From Cyanophora paradoxa CCMP329 (lineage: Eukaryota > Plantae > Glaucophyta): 64,000 nt of DNA. Below, piece by piece: positions 59,634 through 64,000 of the stretch (position 1 is the stretch's first letter; each line of letters opens with the position of its first letter). A model generated the notes under the pieces. The model saw only the letters and a list, made by a program, of their open reading frames with translations, did no database searches and was not told where the DNA came from. Both the position numbers and the translations under genes were made by a program. Where the stretch lies: the NCBI GenBank assembly GCA_004431415.1, contig QPMI01000117.1, forward strand, positions 124,001 to 188,000, written 5' to 3'.

Positions 59634-60254
59634 TTGCAAGGGGGGAAGGGGGCCCCCTTGCTTCCCGTTCCCTCGCTTCAGCCAAAATTTTTCTATGAGG
59701 CCGTTTTCGAGGGCCAGTCTGCAACGAAAATGTTGGTTATTCGCCTTCCGATTGGCTCGGTGGACCGGTCAGCTCTCGACTTTCGAGCGTCGAATTCGAG
59801 GGGAAAAAGTGGTTTTCGAGGGGAAAACTAACTTCTCTCTAACTCCGGTCTTCGAATTCCTTGCGCGGTTCTGCATGGAACCAGTTCTCCCAAGCTGTCT
59901 CCTCTAGATTTCGGCTTCCGGCCACGCAGTTCGTCGCGTACGCCTTAAGCTTGCTCTTCGAATTCGTTGCGCGGTTCTGCATGGAACCACTTCTCTCTAC
60001 CTGTCAACGTCTCCTCTAGATTTCCGCCTAGAAACTGCTTGCGTTGCTGCCTGCGCCGCTGCAGCTGATCGCAGCCGAGCACGCCCGGCCGGCCAGATCT
60101 AGACCGTACTCTCTTGCTGCGCTTATATCGAGCTTATATCGAGCTTATATTGCAGAACCGCGTGTGCCGACCGAGCACGCCGACCGGGCCTCTTTCATTA
60201 GATCCCGATTCCCCCCTTGCACCCCCGGCGCGCCAAACGCGGCCGGGCCCCTAG
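59634..60254 (+). mobile_element. Non-autonomous Helitron-like element, copy 2
   Basis: Same 5' ttgcaagggggg..cccccttgc hairpin and body as 43315-44289. Ends cgcggccgggcccCTAG|T. Confidence 0.7.
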
Positions 60255-60418
60255 TTAAATATTCTACAGATACTTGTACAAGCTTGGTTACCAAACAACG
60301 CAGATTAAGGTTCGATTGCCACATGCGCGGGGCGCGGTTTTCGCTCCAAGTCCACCGCCAGGAAAACCAATGCCACGTGGAAGCAAGCGAGGCGCCGCGG
60401 CCACGGCCGCGGGTGGGG

Positions 60419-62231
60419 CTAGAGGAGATGCTGGGTGTGCCCGTCCGCGGCAGCGACTGGGGCCCCGAGCGGCTCGTCGGCTCCGTCCCCCGCGCTCTGC
60501 CCGGCGCGGACGCGGTCAGCGGACTCGGTCAGCGGACTCGGTCGGGCGGGCGGGGCGGGGCGGGGCGGGGCAGGGCGGGGCGGGACGGGGCGCGCGCGGA
60601 CCAGCCAGAGGGTCGACCCGTCCTCCCCCGCGAGGTCCGCCTCCAGACCGGCCTGCAGCGCACCCCCCTGAGCGGCGGGGGGGCGGAAGGGGGGGGTGGG
60701 GGCGGCGCACGGCGGGGGTGGCGTCGGCTCCAGCATCGTCGACGGCGAGGTCTGCCGCGCTGTACGCCTGCGGGCGGGTGGGCTTCAGGGCGAGGCGCGG
60801 GGGCGGACGCAGGGGTGGGAGCGGGGGCGGGGGAGGGGCGGGTCAGGGTTGGGGCGGGTGTTGGGGTGGGGTCGGGGCGGGTTGGGGCAGGGCGGGTTCG
60901 AGAGTGGGGGCGGGGCGCGGTTGGAGGCGGGGGCGGTGGCTGGGCGGGGAGTGAGTGCGGGGTAGGGGGGCGGTGGCTGGGCGGGGGGGGGGGGGGGGGC
61001 GGGGGCGGGGGCAGTGGCTCGGCGGAGGGGGGTGAGGGGGTGTGGGTGGGGGCGGGGGCAGGGGGACGCGCGGGCTGCGGGGCGGGGCCCGGGGAGGGGT
61101 CGGGGCGGGGGCGAGGGCGGTGGCTGGGCAGGGAGGAGGGGGGGGGGGGGGGGGGGGGCGGGTGGGGGGTGGGGGGCGGGGCAGGGGACGCGCGGGGCTG
61201 CGGGGCGGGGCCCGGGGCGGGGGCGGGGGCGGGGGCGGGGGAAGTGGCTGGGCAGGGAGGGTGGGGGAGGGGGGGGGGGGAGGGCCGCGCCTGGACCGGG
61301 TCGTCGAGGCGGCCGGCGAGGACGGTCCGCCCCTGGGAGTTCTTGACGAAGACGCCGGGCCGCATGTCGTTTCCGGGCAGCACGCACGTCGGCGGGCCGC
61401 CCCGTATCGGAAGCACCGCGTGCGTCGCCTTCTCGAGGCAGCACGCCAGCATGTCCTGCGCGCGGGGCCGGCCGGGGGCGTCGGGCGCGCTCGAGCTCGC
61501 GCTCGAGAGCGGGCCGAGCTCAAGGGGCCCGGCCGAGCGGGGGGGGGGGGTACCTCGCGCCACCTGCCGCGCGCGGGGTCAGCCGCCAGGCCGGGCCGGG
61601 CGCGGCGCGCCGCGGCCATCGGACGGCGGGAACGGAACGCACGCAAGGAAGGGCTCTCCGCTGCCGCCGAAGTTGCCGGGAGAGAGCTCTGTTCTGAAGC
61701 GCATCACCATGGAGCCACTTGGGGCTTTGATGAACTCCACCAGCTTGCCGTTGGCCGTCGCGTCGTCCAGGATCGGCACCATGATCGTCCGCAGGCCTCT
61801 CGGGTCGGGCTGGGCGTCCGAGTAAATCGAGTTTTGCGCCGACGGAATGCGAACAAAGAAGACCGTAGCCGAGCGCCAGGCACGAAAGAGCTGAGCGACT
61901 CGCTAGCCGCGGAAGCGGCGCGAGGCGAGCACGGGATTAGCAGCAGGCTGCTGCGAGCGCCCCGCAAGGGACTAGCTGAGCTAGCCGTTGGGCCGAGCCG
62001 GCGGGCTTGAAGCCGCCGAGCTCCGGGGGGTACGCTGATTCGGGGTTTCCCTTCACGCCCAGCTTCGCTCGCGGCCGCCCCAGGCCACGAAGCGACCAGC
62101 GGCGAAGCGAAATCGCCACAGCCAGCACTGCAGTCACTCCTAAACAGCCCTGTCGGACCGGCGGCCGCACTTCTCGGCCGTCCCTCCAATTGCACAGAGC
62201 TGACCAACTCTGCAGCACCACGGCTCGCCAT
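60419..62231 (-). CDS. Hypothetical multi-exon protein (boundaries uncertain)
   Basis: Globular-looking exons IYSDAQPDPRGLRTIMVPILDDATANGKLVEFIKAPSGSMVMRFRTELSPGNFGG and DMLACCLEKATHAVLPIRGGPPTCVLPGNDMRPGVFVKNSQGRTVLAGRLDDPVQ with plausible splice sites. Confidence 0.45.
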
Positions 62232-62739
62232 AGCTGCAGTGGAGCGCGATCCCGCGGCAGCAACTGCGCATGCCTCGATGGCTGGCCGGCGCAAACCCTG
62301 TTCCCAGCGATCCTCCCGGAATCGGCCTCGGGCCCCGATTCACGCTTGAATCTGGTTCCTTACTGCCGTGCCGGTACGTGGATTCACGTCCGGGCCCGCC
62401 CGCCACGCTCGCATCCCGCGCGCGCTGGCTATCCCGGGGGCCCACCGTCAGTCCGCGGCCGCCGGCTTGCCTATACACTCTATATAAGCGTGTATTGAGA
62501 CCCGCCGCGCGATTCCTCCGGTTCCCTGACCAATTCCTGCACGCATGCTCCGGAGCTCCTCGGCGCTCGCACCGGACGTCGACACCGCCGCTGTGCCACG
62601 CCGGCGGAGCTCGCGCAGGACTGCCCCGGCCTGCTGGCGCGCGCGCTGCAGACCCACCGCGAAGTCGGGCTTGGATCGTGCCTTCCGCGTGATCCACCGA
62701 CGGACGGTGCCCAGCCGCTCGCGCGGCTCGGGGAGGCGA

Positions 62740-64000
62740 CGGAGTACGGCTCTCGCGTGCGCCTCGCGCTGTGGACGGCCCGCGTGCGCCTCGCGCTGTG
62801 GTCCCTGTACTCGGAGTTCGGAGGCCGCGCGCGACTCTCGCTGTGGCCCGATCCCCCCGGCGGATTCCGGCCGCGACCGCGGCCGGCGAACTTCCACCAG
62901 GAGCACGGATCTCGCGAGCGCCTCGCTGTGAGATGGGCCCGCGTGCGTTCGTCGCTGTGGGCCCCCGTGCAAGGAGTTCCGGGGCCGCGTGCGCCCCGCT
63001 GTGGCCCCAGACCGCTTCAGCGGCACCAGCCGCTCCCGCGGCCGGCGAACTCCCAACCTGGCCTTCGAATTCGACTCCCGCGTGCGCCTCGCGCTGCGGG
63101 ACGGCCCGCGTGCGCCTCGCGCTGTGGGCCCCCTACTCGGAGTTCGGAGGCCGCGCGCGACTCTCGCTGCGGCCCGCTCCGCCCCCGGCGGACCCCGGCC
63201 GCGCCCGCGGCCGGCGAACTTCGACCAGGAGCACGGGTCTCGCGAGCGCCTCGCTGTGAGATGGGCCCGCGAGCGTTCGTCGCTGTGGGCCCCCGTGCGC
63301 GGAGCTCCGGGGCCGCGTGCGTCTCGCTGTGGCCCCAGAGCTTCACCCCGGAGTACGGCTCTCGCGTGCGCCTCGATCGCTGCGGGACGGCCCGCGAGCG
63401 TGCGCGCTGTGGGCCCTGTACATATATATATATACTCGGAGTTCGGAGGCCGCGCGCGACTCTCGCTGTGGCCCGATCCGCCCCGGCGGACCCCGGCCGC
63501 ACCCACGGCCGGCGAGCTTCCACCAGGAGCACGGATCTCGCGAGCACCTCGCTGTGAGATGGGCCCGCGAGCGTTCGTCGCTGTGGACCCCCGTGCGCGG
63601 AGCTCCGGGGCCGCGTGCGTCTCGCTGTGGCCCCAGATCTAGAGCTTCACCCCGGAGTACGGCTCTCGCGTGCGCCTCGCTCGCTGCGAGACGGCCCGCG
63701 AGCGTGCGCGCTGTGGGCCCTGTACTCGGGTTCGGAGGCCGCGCGCGACTCTCGCTGTGGCCCGATCCGCCCCGGCGGATTCCGGCCGCACCCGCGGCCG
63801 GCGAACTTCCACCAGGAGCACGGATCTCGCGAGCGCCTCGCTGTGAGATGGGCCCGCGAACGTTCGTCGCTGTGGACCCCCGTGCGCGGAGTTCCGGGCC
63901 GCGTGCGTCGCGCTGTGGCCCCAGAGCTTCACGCCGGAGTACGGACCTCGCGTGCGCCCCGCTGCGAGACGGCCCGCGAGCGTGCGCGCTGCGGGCCCCG
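62740..64000. repeat. GC-rich satellite, ~290-330-bp higher-order unit built of short cgctgtgg(g/c)ccc subrepeats; continues off window
   Basis: accaggagcacgg(a/g)tctcgcgagc(g/a)cctcgctgtgagatgggcccgcg recurs at ~62895, 63223, 63521 and 63809. Confidence 0.92.

Noticed and set aside
60044-61825. 593-aa Gly-rich + strand ORF
   Set aside because: It is a stop-free G-tract antisense to a C-rich intron and begins inside the Helitron-like element.

Overview
This is GC-rich, gene-dense eukaryotic nuclear DNA with many short (mostly ~60-100 nt) GT-AG and GC-AG introns, typical of an alga or protist. A glaucophyte such as Cyanophora is only a guess. Most ORFs in the six-frame track are intron read-throughs or antisense shadows, so I spliced the genes by hand. 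Genes recovered: a secreted-type coiled-coil gene, three F-box/LRR paralogs, an IQ/ARM Pro-rich gene, UXT, a divergent Fe/Mn-SOD-family gene, BSDC1, a full-length SMCHD1-like gene, two BTB paralogs, a 2xCXC + HNH nuclease gene head-to-head with an AT-hook/PHD-C5HCH gene, and a few decayed or hypothetical genes. Repeats include Helitron-like non-autonomous elements, a minisatellite and a satellite. The most unusual signal is a recurrent micro-mutation, X -> X.revcomp(X).X (X mostly 3 nt). It is seen directly in at least 8 pairwise comparisons of duplicated sequence and would explain the palindrome-saturated intergenic DNA. All family assignments come from recalled motifs, not database searches. 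Exon boundaries are manual estimates.
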